A DNA stretch of 60,730 nucleotides, filler included, from Sluysia triapertura (GCA_046118255.1; 5 parts of 5 records of this genome joined end to end with filler, not necessarily neighbours in it); one strand, 5' to 3'. Positions 1 to 14,617 are shown, counted from the first letter of the whole stretch. The notes: a model not told the origin generated them from the letters alone. Numbers and translations are program-made.

Positions 1-775
1 CGCGGTAGATATGAGCGCAATATAAATTAATATATTATTATTATTATTATTTTTAAAGCCTTATGTCACTTCAATCCCTTTTATTGATTATCTAAGCAAT
101 ATATAGAATTTGACTAAAATAACTTTATTTATAATATAGTAAAGTATTACAATATAATAAAATTAAAACTTTATTTATTAGTTTAATTTGCAGTGATAAA
201 CAATTTAAATAAAATAAATCAAATTTAAAATTATTTATTAATTTTAAATTCAGACTAATGACTATTAGTAGGAAAATTTTTCGTATCAAGTAATGTTATT
301 CCAATAGTTGGTTGACTATCCAAAATTTCTTCGTATCAAATATTCTTTTGATAATATTGTTAATCAATTGTCGAAAAATTGTTGAACATTTAACAGAAAA
401 TTCTCCGTATAACTTTCCGTATCTTTAACTAATAAGGTTATACCACAATCTTCGATCGATTATAAAATTTTGAATCACTATTGAATATTCTTGTTAACTG
501 TCAGTACTACTTATACCTTTGCGATATTTTTATTCTGATATTAAAAGTCTTCTAATCAATAATAAATGCATTCAATATAATGTTTGCAAACGATAATAAA
601 AGTATTATTTAATATAATAATTACAAATTATACTATGTACTAAAATATGTTATTTCAGTTCTACAATAAATGTAATAGTTATTTTCAGTCTGAATATTAT
701 TGTGATACTAAATTTTACTTTCATATTTTTATTTAATCATAATTTAATATGATTTGAGTCTATCATAATGCTTTT

Positions 776-1045
776 AAACTTTAATATCGTATTATTTCTA
801 TTTATTCTGCTAATCTTAATTTAAAATAATTTTAATAGAAAATTATGCTCTTAAATTTTAATTTCATATTATTTTTATCTAATCTTAATTTAAAATGATT
901 TTATTTATTTAATCAACTGTGATAGTAGAGTTCAATGTTTATAAATTTTGATTTCATGTTGCCTCTATACAGTCTCAATTTAAAATGATTGTTATTTCTT
1001 ACTAAATTTTGATTTTATATTACCTCTATGTAATCTCAATTTATT
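776..1045. repeat. Degenerate tandem repeat, about 4 units of 60-90 bp
   Basis: Core aaattttgatttcatatta..ctat..aatct(c/t)aatttaaaatgatt recurs near 776, 853, 943 and 1004. Confidence 0.5.
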
Positions 1046-1328
1046 CTACTGAAAAAAAGTATGATCTCAATAGTTAAAATGATTACTAATATCATTGAGA
1101 ATGTTAATGTGATTATTCTTATTGAGCATTATATTTATATAAACAAATGCTAAGTCTATCCTGCATTAAATGCAAGTCTGGGATGAAATTGAAATAAATT
1201 CTCCCCAATTGTCATCATTGGGCTTTAATATTGAAATAAATATCAACTGAATGTCGAGGTTAATTTATATTGCGATGAAATTATTAAGTGATAATTATAT
1301 AATTTATAATTTATATAATCATTATAAT

Positions 1329-1418
1329 GTTAGACTTCATAAAATGGACTGATCGAGAATCGAACCCGTGCCCTCTCGCTGCGCATTTCGATGCTCTAAC
1401 CAATGAACCATCAGCTCC
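1329..1418 (-). mobile_element. tRNA-derived SINE (tRNA-Ala-like head), copy 1
   Basis: Minus strand reads GGAGCTGATGGTTCATTGGTTAGAGCA...TGCGCA...GGGTTCGATTCTCGATCAGTCCA, with A box, B box and acceptor-stem complementarity. The non-tRNA 3' flank TTTTA(T/C)GAAGTCTAACA is shared with the copy at 60659-60730. Confidence 0.75.
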
Positions 1419-2160
1419 GTCTAATAATTTTATTTCATTATAATCAACATTACTATCATAATTCAACATGGTACTTTACGATTTTACCCAAACAATAATA
1501 AAATCATTATAATTATTATTACTTTCTCAAACAGTTGCGATGTCAACCTAACATTTCTGAATGAAGACCATTATTTTTTACGACCTTCGACCTTCGGATT
1601 TAGTCAAAGTACCACTTTAGACCTGCTTAAATTTTTTAAATCTTTTTAAGTAAAAGATTTAAGTATACCAAAGATTTATTCAAATTACGAATTTTACAGT
1701 GTGGGGAGGACTTTTTCATTTTCATGATCAAAACTTTATTGAATTCGTTAAAAACTGCGATTAATATAGAACAATTTAAACAAAACGTACTAACGATTAA
1801 TAAAATAGGCTTAAGGCCTTTTAAAAACAACAAATTTAAACATAAGCCAACAAATTTAATTTTAATTATATTAACAAGAAAAAAGGTCATAAAAATATAA
1901 CTTTAATAAGTGATAAATGTAAAAAGTTACCATGGAGTAACTAAAATGGAATAAAATTGTTTAATATTTTCCAGTTTCACCAATTAAAGTAAAAATTTCA
2001 TTAGTAATATTTCCGAAAATTGGACAAATAAATAAATCGACTGGGTCAATGAGTATTATTTTCTGAATACTCCTTTTTATTACACAATTCATTTCTTTAC
2101 TCGAATTTTGGGTCTTATTGGTCCAATTCGTCAAATAGCCACTTATTTCACAACCATATT

Positions 2161-2203
2161 TAAGCTGAGTGTATCTAAGCTAAGTGTATCTAAGCTGAGT
2201 GTA
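2161..2203. repeat. 15-bp tandem repeat x3 (taagctgagtgtatc)
   Basis: Directly visible; one mismatch in the middle unit. Confidence 0.8.
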
Positions 2204-2444
2204 GAAGAATCGCAAATGCTTGATAACAAAATTAAATAGATAAATAGAACAACGTAAAGATAGTATTTACAATTCATTTGTAACACAAATTTCGTAACTT
2301 ACAATTCTTTTGTAATACAAATTTCATGATTTAATAATTGTTGCAGCATAAAATAAGATTACTAACTTTTAATGAAAAAATCCATTCTTTTATTTTTTAG
2401 CCTATATTATTAATTTTTAATATTTTTATAATTTATATTTTCAG

Positions 2445-2511
2445 CTAAAGGAATTGATGTACGTCGTGGAAGATCACTTGTACATCGCAATCATTTACGT
2501 GATATTCATAG
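2445..2511 (+). other. Possible isolated exon of an unknown gene
   Basis: Pyrimidine tract + CAG acceptor, GC-richer open segment (AKGIDVRRGRSLVHRNHLRDIH), then GTTGGT donor. Product not recognised. Confidence 0.25.
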
Positions 2512-5500
2512 GTTGGTCATATGAATAAATAAATAAGTTTACAAATAAGTCATATAATATAACATTTATGTAGGTATTTAACGAAACTGTTCAAATACTT
2601 CTTCAAAAATATCATTTTTTGAATGATACAATTAAAATGAATTTGTAAATTTGTTTAAATTGAATTTATATCCACACAAAACATCTTTGATTTGCTCATG
2701 TTTGATTATTTCTATATTAAGTTTATGAAGTACAACTTTTCGAATCTTAAATAAACCGTAAGCACGAAATGAAAATCGGCCAAACAGTGATAAAAGGCTT
2801 AGAATAATAAAATACCAAAGACAATAATATCCAGTTGCTATATCGATAAATTTTTTAATAAATTACTATAATTATCTATTGCAGTAAAATCGTCTTTATC
2901 ATAAATATGGTTTAAATGCATAAAGGGCCCACAATTATTTGATCATTCAAATGCAATACTGGGATAAATCAAAGTTGCATTACCAATAAAAAAACGTGGT
3001 TAGAAGAATGTAAAAACTTGTTTTATTTATATTTGCCCTCTGTAAATTACTGATTCGATAGTCAGTAGTTGCTGATATTATGCCTCTACATTATCTATGC
3101 TCTTTTGCTACTTAGCGGCAGGTTGTTCAAGCCAGTGGTATAAACCTTGGCGAACGAACGTCACTGAATTCCTGAAAGGTAAGTTTTACAGCATTTTCCT
3201 ATTAAAGCTATATTTGTCATTTACTGAACTGCATCCACGACTGCCTGCTTAACTAAATATTATATCGTTCATCGACATAAGAGCAGCACTTTTTATTTTG
3301 TAATTTCTTAACAGTCTTTGAGAATAAAACAAAGCCAAACTAATTGTGATTGTAAATAATACCCCGACAATACAAACATTATAATAATTATTATTGGTTG
3401 TTGAGAATTAAATTGATCATTTTGTTTTAAAAAAATTAGATTTATATTGTGAAAGTGGCGTTGAAAAGTTGAACATTTGTATGCATTCATATGGGATAGA
3501 TCGATTTAGACACATGTATTTTGTATTGTTTTATTGTCACTTACACAAGTTATATTGCTGTGACATGTATCACATGAATAAGTACTAATCAGTGAACAAT
3601 TTATACCATAGTACGGGTAAATACATTGACAGTGAGGCAAATCATTAATAAAAATGGATACTCTTGCGACATTAGAATATAAACAAAAAAATTAAATACC
3701 GAACAAAAATCTTGCTAACATATAAACTACCTATTATATCTACCATATAATAAACCAATTAACAATATAAGCAGAATATATAAAAGTAAACAAAAGAAAT
3801 ACAGTGATAAAAGATAACGAGAAGCAACAATGGTAACAATAGCAATTGAATGATAACAATAATTAAAGGTCTTTTTGTAAATTTTAGACAATAAGAATGT
3901 TACTATGTTAATAACCAAATGGAAATCTTATTAATATGTATTGTTATCATTCTTGTGAGTTTGTTATAGATACGTGTTATATTGAAGCTAGATAGTTAGA
4001 AGAAATTATTGATGTAAGAAATATGTTACTGGTGTTTCTATTCTTTGTAATTTATTTATTTTTGAGTTGCTATGTTATGATTTTGGATTGAGTTCATCAC
4101 TTGGAGATTCAAATAAGGTTATGCATTGTTGTGTGAAATTAAGTGAATGTGTATATAATAAGTGTAAATGATTATGTGTACGTGTAAATTGTTTGAATCA
4201 TTAATAAAATAGCCAGCAAGGTATATAAAAAGTGTCAGAAATTTGAGAAAGAGGAAGTAACTTTGACAATTAACAATAATTAACAAACTTAACTTTGGAA
4301 GTAACAATAAAAATTATAATGATAAAAATTACGTAATTTTTATATTTTAATATGATGATATTGATGATGTTATATTATTATAAGAATTATTATTACAATT
4401 GGATTTAAAATAACAATAACTATAGTTCATGATAATTTTGTACAATAATTAATTTTGAATGAGTCAAGTATTTTGTTTAATGTTCTGTGTATGTAAGAGA
4501 TGTTTTTATGTGATGACGTTTTGATAATTTGATATGATTTCCCTACATATAGGATGAATTATTATTTTATTAAAAAGTTTATTTTCCTCTAATTGTAGCG
4601 CTTTTAATCAAATTTATATTCAAACATTAAAATTTCAAAATAAGCTTAATCTCAATTATATTTTTACATATATCACATAAAAATCACTTATCAAATAATA
4701 CAAAACAATATAATGTAACGCAATAAATATCAATTAACACCACCAAAAGTTAAATATCTCCAATAAGTATTACAATAAGTATAATAAGTTGAATTATACG
4801 TTAGATAATGGTGACACAACTAAAAATAATAAACAGTATTTACTTTATAATCAAATAATAAGCGTCATCTTCAGTTTACAATTAAATAATAAAAATTTTT
4901 AACTTAAATTTTCTTCGTCAATCTTGAATTATTGTCATCATCATATTCATAGTTGTTTTGTGAAATATTTTACACTGTACTCTTGACTTTTACAATAAAA
5001 CATTTTCTTACGGAAATCACATGTACATTCTTTGAGAATCGAAGCTAAAATGAGAGTCCTGACAATTACATAGTACTACTTGTCAAACACAAAAAATTGA
5101 TTAATAATCAACCATTATTTTCTTCTGTCTACTTTTTATCAAATTAGCAGTAACAATTATGATAATATAAATGGGTTCGCCTGTGATTTACGATTTTTAT
5201 CTCGAGGAAGACGTAATCACAGGATGAAAATGTCAATAATTCTTCAAAAGATGTCTTTACTCATACTGCAATTTCTTGATTTTTTAACGGACAGGATTAA
5301 AGTGAATATTTAGAATCTTATAAGAGTGGTTTACTATCTGGATTGAATAAATTGCATCCAATGTGTTCATTAATGGTTGTGTAGAAGAAGAGCCATTTGC
5401 TAATTGTGACGATGTTTTTGAAACTAAACCTAAACAAAGTGATATCTAAGTAAACAATATAATTTATAAAAACAAAAACCAGATATTGAATATTAATTCA

Positions 5501-6350
5501 AGGCTGCAGTTATGCATTACCACTTTATCTACACGTTTAAGTTTTTAAATCGTATTATTTTTTGGTCTCATACACCATCGTATCGATTTGGTTTTGAAAT
5601 TGATACTTAGGACATAATTTGAATAAAATCAAATTTATGTTAGCAACTTGTTTAAATGAACTTATTGCAGCAATATGTGAAATTGAAAAATGGCTCATTT
5701 TTTATCAAAATACTCATCTGAATTTACTCTTAGAATTACTATCTTTAATTTAAGGATAGAACATTAATAAAACTACTGGAATCTCTTTATGTACCAATTC
5801 TACCGTGTTTTTATCCAAATTTGTACTCTAAATCTCTGGTATGTAAAGACATCATAATTTGCATGTAAATATTTCTAATATTCTATTAAGTTTAAAAAAA
5901 ATAAATTTTATATTATATGCATATCGGTAACCTATATTAACTATTTAATATAAATTAAACGTCTCATTTATAAAGTAATGAAGTCATACCAAATTTATGC
6001 TTATACGGAATAAATTCATTTATTAGAAATGTAAAAATAAAATTTAGTTTATTTACGTCATTGTTAAATTGTAAACCAATTGCTTAGCTTATGCATATTT
6101 TATACTCTAATTTGATTATTTTATACAACATAAAACATGTGTTGAAGATGATTATGTATATACTGGAATTGTTTTATTGTAAATTTTTCATGTCTTTAAA
6201 ACGAATACTTCTCAAGACGTATCGAATGTTCTTATGAGTATGTAGTTTATTTTATTTTTTGGAAATTTATTTAACTTTCTTATTTAAACTCTGTAAAAAT
6301 TGTAAGTTAATATGATAATTTAATAATAAATTTTTTATTAATCCTATAAA

Positions 6351-7100
6351 ATGGAGTCTACATAACCTCTTAACGAAAGTGATACAGCAGACGATTATTG
6401 TGGTCATGATGAACTTCCTTATGCGAATGTAACTGAATGTTTCTCGATTTCAAATAATACAAATGGCGAAAATCACAATTTCGGATTTAATGATAAAATA
6501 AATAAGAAATTATTTAGCTATGAAAAATCACGTCATGATGCTGCTAGGCGAATACAACTGTCGTTATAAGGCCCGCGATATAAATGGACTTATTAACGAC
6601 AGAAAGGGGTGTGCGCAGGAAATGTTTCAAAAATTCAATCAACCTTATGATGAAAATTACATTCAATTCGTTTATGAATCAAATCACAGTAAACTATCAC
6701 TAATGTAAGCTTTAACGATAGAATTGATCAAATCTTTGAAACGTGGAGTAACTATGAACCCAGTACAAATTTATATATGTTAAGTGAAAAAGAATCAAAT
6801 ACTGACTTTAGTAATGAACATATTTATGATTCTATTCCTTATGATACATTATCAACACCTCTCTTCATCCGGAACATCAAACAAGACCGATAAACATGGT
6901 GATTCGTCAATTCTTTCAAGTGCCGTCAGTGAGCAATGTTGTGCTGATAATCAACTTTACCGAATCTTAAAATATAACGAAAATAATAGTCGAAAAGTTC
7001 TGCTAACGATTCTTTCAGATCAACATCATAAAAATGAACATTCTATAATCATTACAGAGCGGACTAATTCTAATGATTTTATATCTAATAACATGTGTAA
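6351..7100 (+). pseudogene. Decayed coding-like segment with a possible IQ motif
   Basis: Frame from ATG 6351 reads ...KSRHDAARRIQLSL*GPRYK..., resembling IQxxxRGxxxR. Several in-frame stops and frameshifts. Confidence 0.3.
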
Positions 7101-8149
7101 TTTTAAAAAATTTTTAACCATAAGTTTGTCTTTTATCAAACGTAGAATTTTAAGTTTATGGTGTTATGTAATAAATTAACCAAATGTTATTGTTTTCTTT
7201 ATGAAGGTAATTTTAATCGAATAAAGGTCCTTAAGATCCATGTTTATGCTAAAGAATTTCTAATTTGTAATATAGAAAAAACTTATATTTATCCTAATTT
7301 ATTGTATAATATTAAAAACTATATTTTTACATTACCATTCGAATATATTATACAAAAGCTGCGTTGAGATAAAAATTTCGTTGACACTATTCGATAAAGT
7401 TTTCCACGAAGTCAATAATCAGAGAACGTAATGTAATTGTTCTGCTCGAAGAATCGGATTTAGTAAAACTGCATTGAAATAAAGTCCTTCCGCGAAGTCG
7501 ATAATCAGAGAAAGTAATGTTATTATTGTGCGAGATCAATGTTTGATTTTCACCTTTTATATAAACTTTTATTTTCTTTTTATTTATGCTGCCTACAGAA
7601 CATAAACGATTTGGATAAATATTTGATATCGAGAAATATTTTATAAAAATTATACGATAAAAATTTTTTGACTTATTTTTTAAATATTTACGTGATAAAA
7701 TTTTTTATGATTTTCGATAAATATTTTCAAAAAATTGATTTAATTAAGTTTTGATAATAAAAATTAATAATTAATTTTTTCAGAAAACTATTTCAATTTG
7801 TAAATTTTTATAAAATTAAAAATTATTCTTTTCTGATTGATTTTCTGAAATTAAATTAAATTATTTATAATTATATTAAATTAAATTATTTACACTTCTA
7901 AATAACTTACATTAATATAACAATAATTATTAATAACATACCTAAAATAGTGAATTTAACTTTAACTCAATTTTCTAACAGAAAAGCTAAGCTCCTTATC
8001 AAAGAAATCATTTTAGAAATCTTCCAAATTTCTAGATTCTTCTATTTCATAGCAATCATCTCATATTCAATTTATTTATCTTTTCATCACTCCAAATATG
8101 AAAAATATAATATTTTAAAATTGAGAATTAATTAAAATTTTACTTTGCT

Positions 8150-8500
8150 CAACATTAAGGATTTTCTTGCATGAACTCGACTTTTATCAAAATATCTTAC
8201 AAAAACAAAGGCATGAACAGTATCAACTTTATCATAGCATTTTGCATTCAAACATTATTGAAAAAAGTTTTTTTCCTTAATTAAGATTTTAATGGATTAA
8301 TATATTTTTTCCTGTTTTATGCTTAAAAGTTTTATAGAGGTTTAAAAGTTGTTTGGTACTTTATAAGAGTGTCAAGGACTTCCAGTGTTTGCATCAGTGT
8401 GATTCCTTTTCCTACTTCTTTATTCTAACTATTAATGCATATTTTATTGAGTTCCAATTCCACGTTTTTTTCACACCTTTCTTATCAAACATTTTGGTAA
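8150..8500 (-). mobile_element. Possible hAT transposase remnant
   Basis: Minus-strand fragments FSIMFE and FVFVRYFDKSRVH resemble the FSIxxDE..VRY region of hAT transposases. Heavily decayed. Confidence 0.35.
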
Positions 8501-10789
8501 TTCCAACATAAAGATACGTAAATAAATACATAAGTATGATAAAGCTTACATTGGACAACTTTAATATTAATATAGTTGTAAATATCCATAAATTTATATA
8601 AAGAGAAATTTATAAACAAGAAAAAATGTACAATCTAAAATGTTTACAATTTATAGGGTTATTCATTTTTATATTAACATATTAATATAAAAATGTAATA
8701 TAATTATGTAATATAAAAATGAATATTAGTTAATATAAAAATGAATAACCTTATAACTAAAATAAATCTGTCATTAAATATAATAAAACAAAACAGAAAT
8801 GTACAAATAATAATTACAAATTCCTGTTGGTTTGTTTGAAACTTACACTAGCAAAAATGATTGAAGTACAAGTTCGCCTACAGTAAATGACATTCTTAAA
8901 CGATTTCTAAATTTAAATTATTTTAATCTTAGCAATTTATCCGGCTGCAATATAAGGTATAAAAGTTTATATTTCTCAGTCAATCTAACCAATAATTTGC
9001 TAAAATATGGATAATTTCTATAACGTCTAAGCTTAGAAATACTATTAAACTTTTATTATAACAGTGAATAAACATAAAAATACGATATGTGGGGAATTAA
9101 TCTGCCAAAATTAATTCTAAGCAATAATGAATTTAACTAATTATTCTAGTAATAATTTTTCAAATTACCACAAAAATGATTTAGGATTTTAGGTTGATTT
9201 TAATCTTACTTAAGTAAGCAAGCGTGACAAAAATAACCAACTGTAAAAACAGGAAATTTTGAATAAGGATGTAATAACGATCAAAATTCTATTGGCGGAT
9301 TCGATGTCATTTTTAGTATTAATGAATCGCGGAGATTTATCAAATTTTCTTTACGTTAAGCTATTTTTTTGTCAAATATGTTATAATTCTTTAATTCTAA
9401 AAACATTTTTAATTCTTTAAATTTTTCATTACCTCATTTTAGTAATTCATTTCATCATCTTTTTATGTTCTAGGTATGATATCGCATAATATCACATCAT
9501 TTTAATGCAATTATAAAAATATTATAATTTAAATATTATTTTGCTATTAATATTAAAATCATTGTTATTCAGTTTATTTTTATTATTCCTTAACGCATTA
9601 TAATTATAATTATTATTAATATTATTATGATTATTACGATTATAATTAGTATTATTATTAAAGAATAACTTTAGCTTAAATATATTCAAGATACATTTAT
9701 TCAATATATCTTTTAATTTGGAGATTGAGTTCTTTAATATTCTCTGTTCTTAAAGATGGAAGTGCTAATATTATAAATTATTTTAAACTTCTGAAACCTT
9801 ATTTTGTAATCTCGTAAATACAAAAAGAAAACTTTAAACTTTATACACACAACGCATTAATGAACAAAATCACAAACGTATAAATTTTTTTATAAACTTA
9901 TATAGACGTACAAATTTTTTGAAAATTATTATTTATAAATAAAAGAAAAATTATATATAAGCTTTTTATAAATTATTACTTACGATTAATTACAAAAAAT
10001 ACAATTTTATATCTTATGCAGGATAATAATAACACGTAAAAAAATCGTTAATATCGATGATTAACCAAATATAACTGAATCGAGGAATCGTCGTAGAATT
10101 GCACTATTAGATAGTGAAGATCATTAATTCATCTCAATGATTAAATGTTAAGCATCACAATCGTTAAAAGATGAAAATATACCACGACTGTTAAATATAT
10201 TGACGTAATTACTGTTAATGCATGCAAAATATTAGGTACTTATATAGTATTTTTAATATCAAACAAATTCACAAAATTATTTACATATCACAAAATCATG
10301 TGCACATATAAATATCATTCATTTTATTCCTGCATTAAAAATTATTAGAAAAATTATTTATTAAAATATTAAGATTTATTTATGTTATTTAATATTAGAT
10401 TTATTTAAAAGTCAACATACTTATTATAAGTAGAATTTATCTACAAATTATTATTTGCATTTACATTTATTAATTTTCTCACATTTTATTCTCACATACA
10501 TTCAATTTATCTTTTAATATTTATTAATATCAGTGGACTGTATTCAAATATTTACAATCACAACATGCTTACTATAAAATAATTCAACATGTATGGGTTT
10601 ATAAAATTTATTGTGACTTTGTGGTTCACCATTAATTCAAATATTTTAATTTCGTTAATATTCATTAATTTAAATCTATTCAAACCTTCATAAACATTCA
10701 TTCTAATTCAAACATTCAAACATTTTCATTTAATTCGAATTGATATTTCAAACATTCGTAATTTCAAACATTCAGTATATAACTATAAT

Positions 10790-11195
10790 AAATTATTTTA
10801 CTTCTTAAAGTCCAACAAAACAACATAACGACTTAGAGGTAATATGTATGTTTGATTCTGAGTTACGAAGAATAAAGCATTGCAAAGAAAGGAAATGGAG
10901 AAGTGAAAAAAACTTATGACACAAACAAAGAATACATAAAATCTCGTAATATACTATTAAAAAGCTATTAAAAGCTATTATAATGAGTCGTTTGAAGCAA
11001 ATAAATCAAATATTAAAGGTATTTATCAATTATTAAATAAATTATGTGGTAAACAAAGTGAAAATCATGTTGTATATGATAAAATTACGTCAAATGACTT
11101 TTTCAAATTTTTTGTATTGAAAGTTGAAAATATACGAAATAGCATTAATAGATCAAACATTATATTAGAAATGCATAAGAAGAAGAACATAAATG
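10790..11195 (+). mobile_element. CR1/L2-like LINE ORF2 fragment (region between endonuclease and RT)
   Basis: ELRRIKHCKERKWRS and NDFFKFFVLKVENIRNSI. Near-identical DNA (gagttacgaagaataaagc..tgcaaagaaaggaaatggagaagt) occurs in the LINE at ~37327-37415. Confidence 0.7.
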
Positions 11196-11295
11196 NNNNN
11201 NNNNNNNNNNNNNNNNNNNNNNNNNNNNNNNNNNNNNNNTTAATTAATTAANNNNNNNNNNNNNNNNNNNNNNNNNNNNNNNNNNNNNNNNNNNN
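11196..11295. other. Artificial assembly linker N44-TTAATTAATTAA-N44
   Basis: Exactly 100 nt with a six-frame stop 12-mer. Identical linkers occur at 23886, 36430 and 49485. Confidence 0.97.
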
Positions 11296-11340
<45 letters not shown>

Positions 11341-11433
11341 TTACAGTATTATAATATATAACTTTACATTATTATTATTATTACTATTATTATTACTTTC
11401 GGCATGTACTTGTGTATATAAATTAATACTAAC

Positions 11434-11694
11434 CGTTTAATAGCGGTTTCCCATTCATCATTTTCATCTTTGGAAAAGTCCAAGCAATCAACATTTTTAA
11501 CAATTTCATAAGCCGCATTTACTTCATCAATTGGATTGTTTTCAACTGCATCTGATACCATCAAAAAAGTGCTCTTGATCGTCACTTCGGTTCCAATTGT
11601 TGTGTCTTTATTGTCACCATTAGGACCGATTTTAGGACCCGGTTTTAAAACTCGAACTATGACTTGTCTTAACTGTTCATGTTGGTTTCGAAAT
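11434..11694 (-). CDS. DYNC1H1: Cytoplasmic dynein 1 heavy chain, N-terminal tail region, internal exon (third visible)
   Basis: acttAG acceptor; (R)FRNQHEQLRQVIVRVLKP...NPIDEVNAAYEIVKNVDCLDFSKDENDEWETAIKR; GTTAGT donor. Matches FRRQHEQLRAVIVRVLRP...[24 protein letters not shown] and is in phase with the previous exon. Confidence 0.93.
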
Positions 11695-12828
11695 CTAAGT
11701 ACAATGGTGGAAGAAGTAATTAAATTTCATAAATTAATTTTCTATCACATTTAATTCATATACAAATTTGTACATTTCAATTAGAATAAATTGTTGTAAA
11801 AATCTTGTTTCAGTAAAAATACAAATGAACTTAAACATTTCGCCAACAGCGTCACATATGTTTGACAACTAGATTTTCTGACCTGAACCCAGCTTCACAA
11901 ATGTGTGATGAGATTTCATTATCAATTTATGACAGTAGTTTGTACGAGATGACTTATGTCATAAAACAATAAAATAGATGCAGGTGTGTGAAATCGTTAA
12001 TTTTACATCTTACAAAAACTAATAAATGATATCATATTTAAAAAATTAAACGTTTGGGCTGTAGTTTTGATTTTTTTTCCAGAGCCTCTGGTAACGAACA
12101 CTTATTCTTCTAAATAAATTATTAATGTTATATTTTCTAGAAAAATGAAACCACAATACATCGTTTTTGTGTTTTAGAAATAAATATTTTCCTCTTCATT
12201 TCATACGCAAAAGTTCAAATGATGAATAGTGAACCACAAAATCTTTATTTCTACATAAATACAATATTCAATTTCTAAAGCAACATAACCAAACAGAACA
12301 TTCATAATAGTGATAACAGTACAACAATCTATAAATCATATTTTCACTAATTTACATTTATCTCCCATCATCACAAATTATCTCAAGTCACATTTCATAA
12401 TATTTCAACATCACGAATTACAAAACCTGTGCTTAGAAATTATTCTAAGGACGTTTCAGTTCAATATACATTTACAATAACATTTACAATATACATTTAC
12501 AATTTGTTAGTTACATTGTTCATACATCTTTCCATCAATATCCGCATATCATACAAAAGTGGCACACAAAATGGTCCTTATTTTCTTGATAAAGTTTATA
12601 TTATTTAACGTAGAATATTTCCTAATTTTTATAATTAATATATAAATATTGATCAAAATACATTGAATTTATCTTCCTCAGAAAAACCATCCTAAATATG
12701 CAATTTATAGTCTCGATAGAGATTATACACAATAACATTTTAAATTTTTAATTATATCAATGTAATACATTAAAATTTAGATTAAAGTATCCTACAATAA
12801 ATAAAATTAAGAAAATGTCAATTAAAAT

Positions 12829-12830
<2 letters not shown>

Positions 12831-12891
<61 letters not shown>
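12831..12891. repeat. (AAT)n microsatellite
   Basis: Perfect AAT run inside a dynein intron. Confidence 0.95.
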
Positions 12892-13367
12892 TTACTATTT
12901 AAATTTGTGCAAAACGACAATCAATATAATTTCTTTGACGTGTTTTATTGACATTAAAACACAAATTTAAAACATAAATGAAGTCAAGACATATGTACAT
13001 AAAATCCTAGAATAAATAATTAAATATTGATTGTTTAAATCAACGTGGAGTTCATTATATTTATATACCCTAGATTACTAAATGAGTTCTTAATATACAT
13101 TGTTGAAAATGTACTTTTTTTAAATATTGGTTATAAATATGAACCAATAAAGATAATTGCAATAAAATATGTAAATTTAATTTTATCCCACGGGATAGTT
13201 TCGAAAAATAAAATATTTTTAAGTGGTCTTATTTGGCGAGAATATCAGTATACAACATACAATGCTTTCTTTCCTTAAATAACATTTTGTTTAGTTTTTA
13301 TATCGTTCACAATTTTTGTTTTTTAGTTCTTCATTTAATAAAAGGAATTTAAAAAATTTCAACTTAC

Positions 13368-13588
13368 CTCTTAATTTGATCGAGTCGATTTTGTAATTTT
13401 TTATGAGATGCTGTCATTTTCCAAGAAAACTTGACAAATTCATCACGTTTCTTTTTCGACATATCGCGTAACAAATTTTGTATACGATCATACTCATCAT
13501 CCCATGTACTAAATACTTGAGCACAAGCATTTATAATCTTCTCAAAATCATCATATGGCATACTCATTAAATGTTTTGTACTGATAAC
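13368..13588 (-). CDS. DYNC1H1: Cytoplasmic dynein 1 heavy chain, internal exon (second visible)
   Basis: tatAG acceptor; VISTKHLMSMPYDDFEKIINACAQVFSTWDDEYDRIQNLLRDMSKKKRDE...HKKLQNRLDQIK(R); GTAAGT donor. Confidence 0.95.
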
Positions 13589-14305
13589 CTATAATCACAA
13601 TAATAATCATAGCAAACTTATTCTATATATTTTCTCAAATTTATTGATATAAGTAATGATACATAAACCTCCAATCTCAGTTTACTAGCACTAACATTTT
13701 TATAATAATTTGAAGAAAATTTGCAACACAACATAAAAGTCACAATCAAATTCTAAAATCATATTTGAAGATTTAATTATATAGACAGAAAATGTACCAG
13801 TAATATAGACGTAACTTATTTAGGATTACATACAAAAACTAAATCTTAAGAGATATTCAATAAAAAAGTAAGATAGCTCAAACAAATTCATTTAAATAAA
13901 CTGAAATTTTGAACCCATTATTTATGACAAAAGCAGAAAAATATAAATGTTATCATGCGTGAAATAAAAAACACAAGTATATGAACTAATCAAAACTACC
14001 CATAGTAAATTTACTTTATGCTTGTGCAATCATATTAAGATATTCCAGTTATTCCATTGTGTTAACAATGTTACTCTTCACCTATCTTTAAATAAAACAC
14101 ATCTCTCCGAAGAACCACAACGTTCTTTATACTTTATTAATTTTAAGAGTAATTTAGTTTTATTTCTGTAATTTAAATAAATCTACAATTGTTGCTAATG
14201 TTTATATCTTAAAGTTGAAGTCAAAATATTTATTAAATTTGGGACATGAAAAGATTAAATAATGAACATAAGTTTAAAAATACATAAACCACGAAATAAA
14301 CGAAC

Positions 14306-14526
14306 CTTAAGCATCTGATTAAGTAAATCTCTAGACAATGCTTCCATTAATTTCATTATCCGTTGCGTGGGATATTTCGTAGCTCGAACTTTTTTCAAAT
14401 GCGAAAATATTTGCATAATGGCTTCACTAATTTTATCTAACTGAGTCGCTGATAACAAATCATTGATAGGAAAATCTTTCATTAATTGATTGTAATCTTT
14501 AACTGTTGACTTGGATTGTGTTAAAG
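14306..14526 (-). CDS. DYNC1H1: Cytoplasmic dynein 1 heavy chain, internal exon (first visible)
   Basis: [32 protein letters not shown]...[25 protein letters not shown], bounded by AG and GT. Matches the conserved DYNxLMKDFPLNDLLSATELDKI motif. Confidence 0.95.
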
Positions 14527-14617
14527 CTTAAATAATTTAATACATTATAATTGCATTACAATCAAAATTATATTAATGATTGAATAGATATATTAAGATA
14601 TATCATGCATTTTGATA

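Noticed and set aside
3660-4560. Strand-biased segment resembling the LTR family in composition
   Set aside because: I could not find the TGTRGTGG start, a clear CA end or the shared internal motifs.
6351-7100. Alternative genetic code (TAA read as sense) suggested by in-frame stops
   Set aside because: The dynein and tubulin exons contain no in-frame stops and the tubulin ends in TAA. Decayed regions contain all three stop types plus frameshifts, which fits ordinary decay.
7403-7535. Two ~45-bp direct repeats (cgaagtc.ataatcagagaa.gtaatgt) resembling a CRISPR repeat-spacer unit
   Set aside because: Only two imperfect copies, in eukaryotic context with no cas genes; a local duplication.
11240-11251. 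TTAATTAATTAA as a biological motif or piggyBac site
   Set aside because: It is always centred in exactly 44+44 Ns, so it is an assembly tag.
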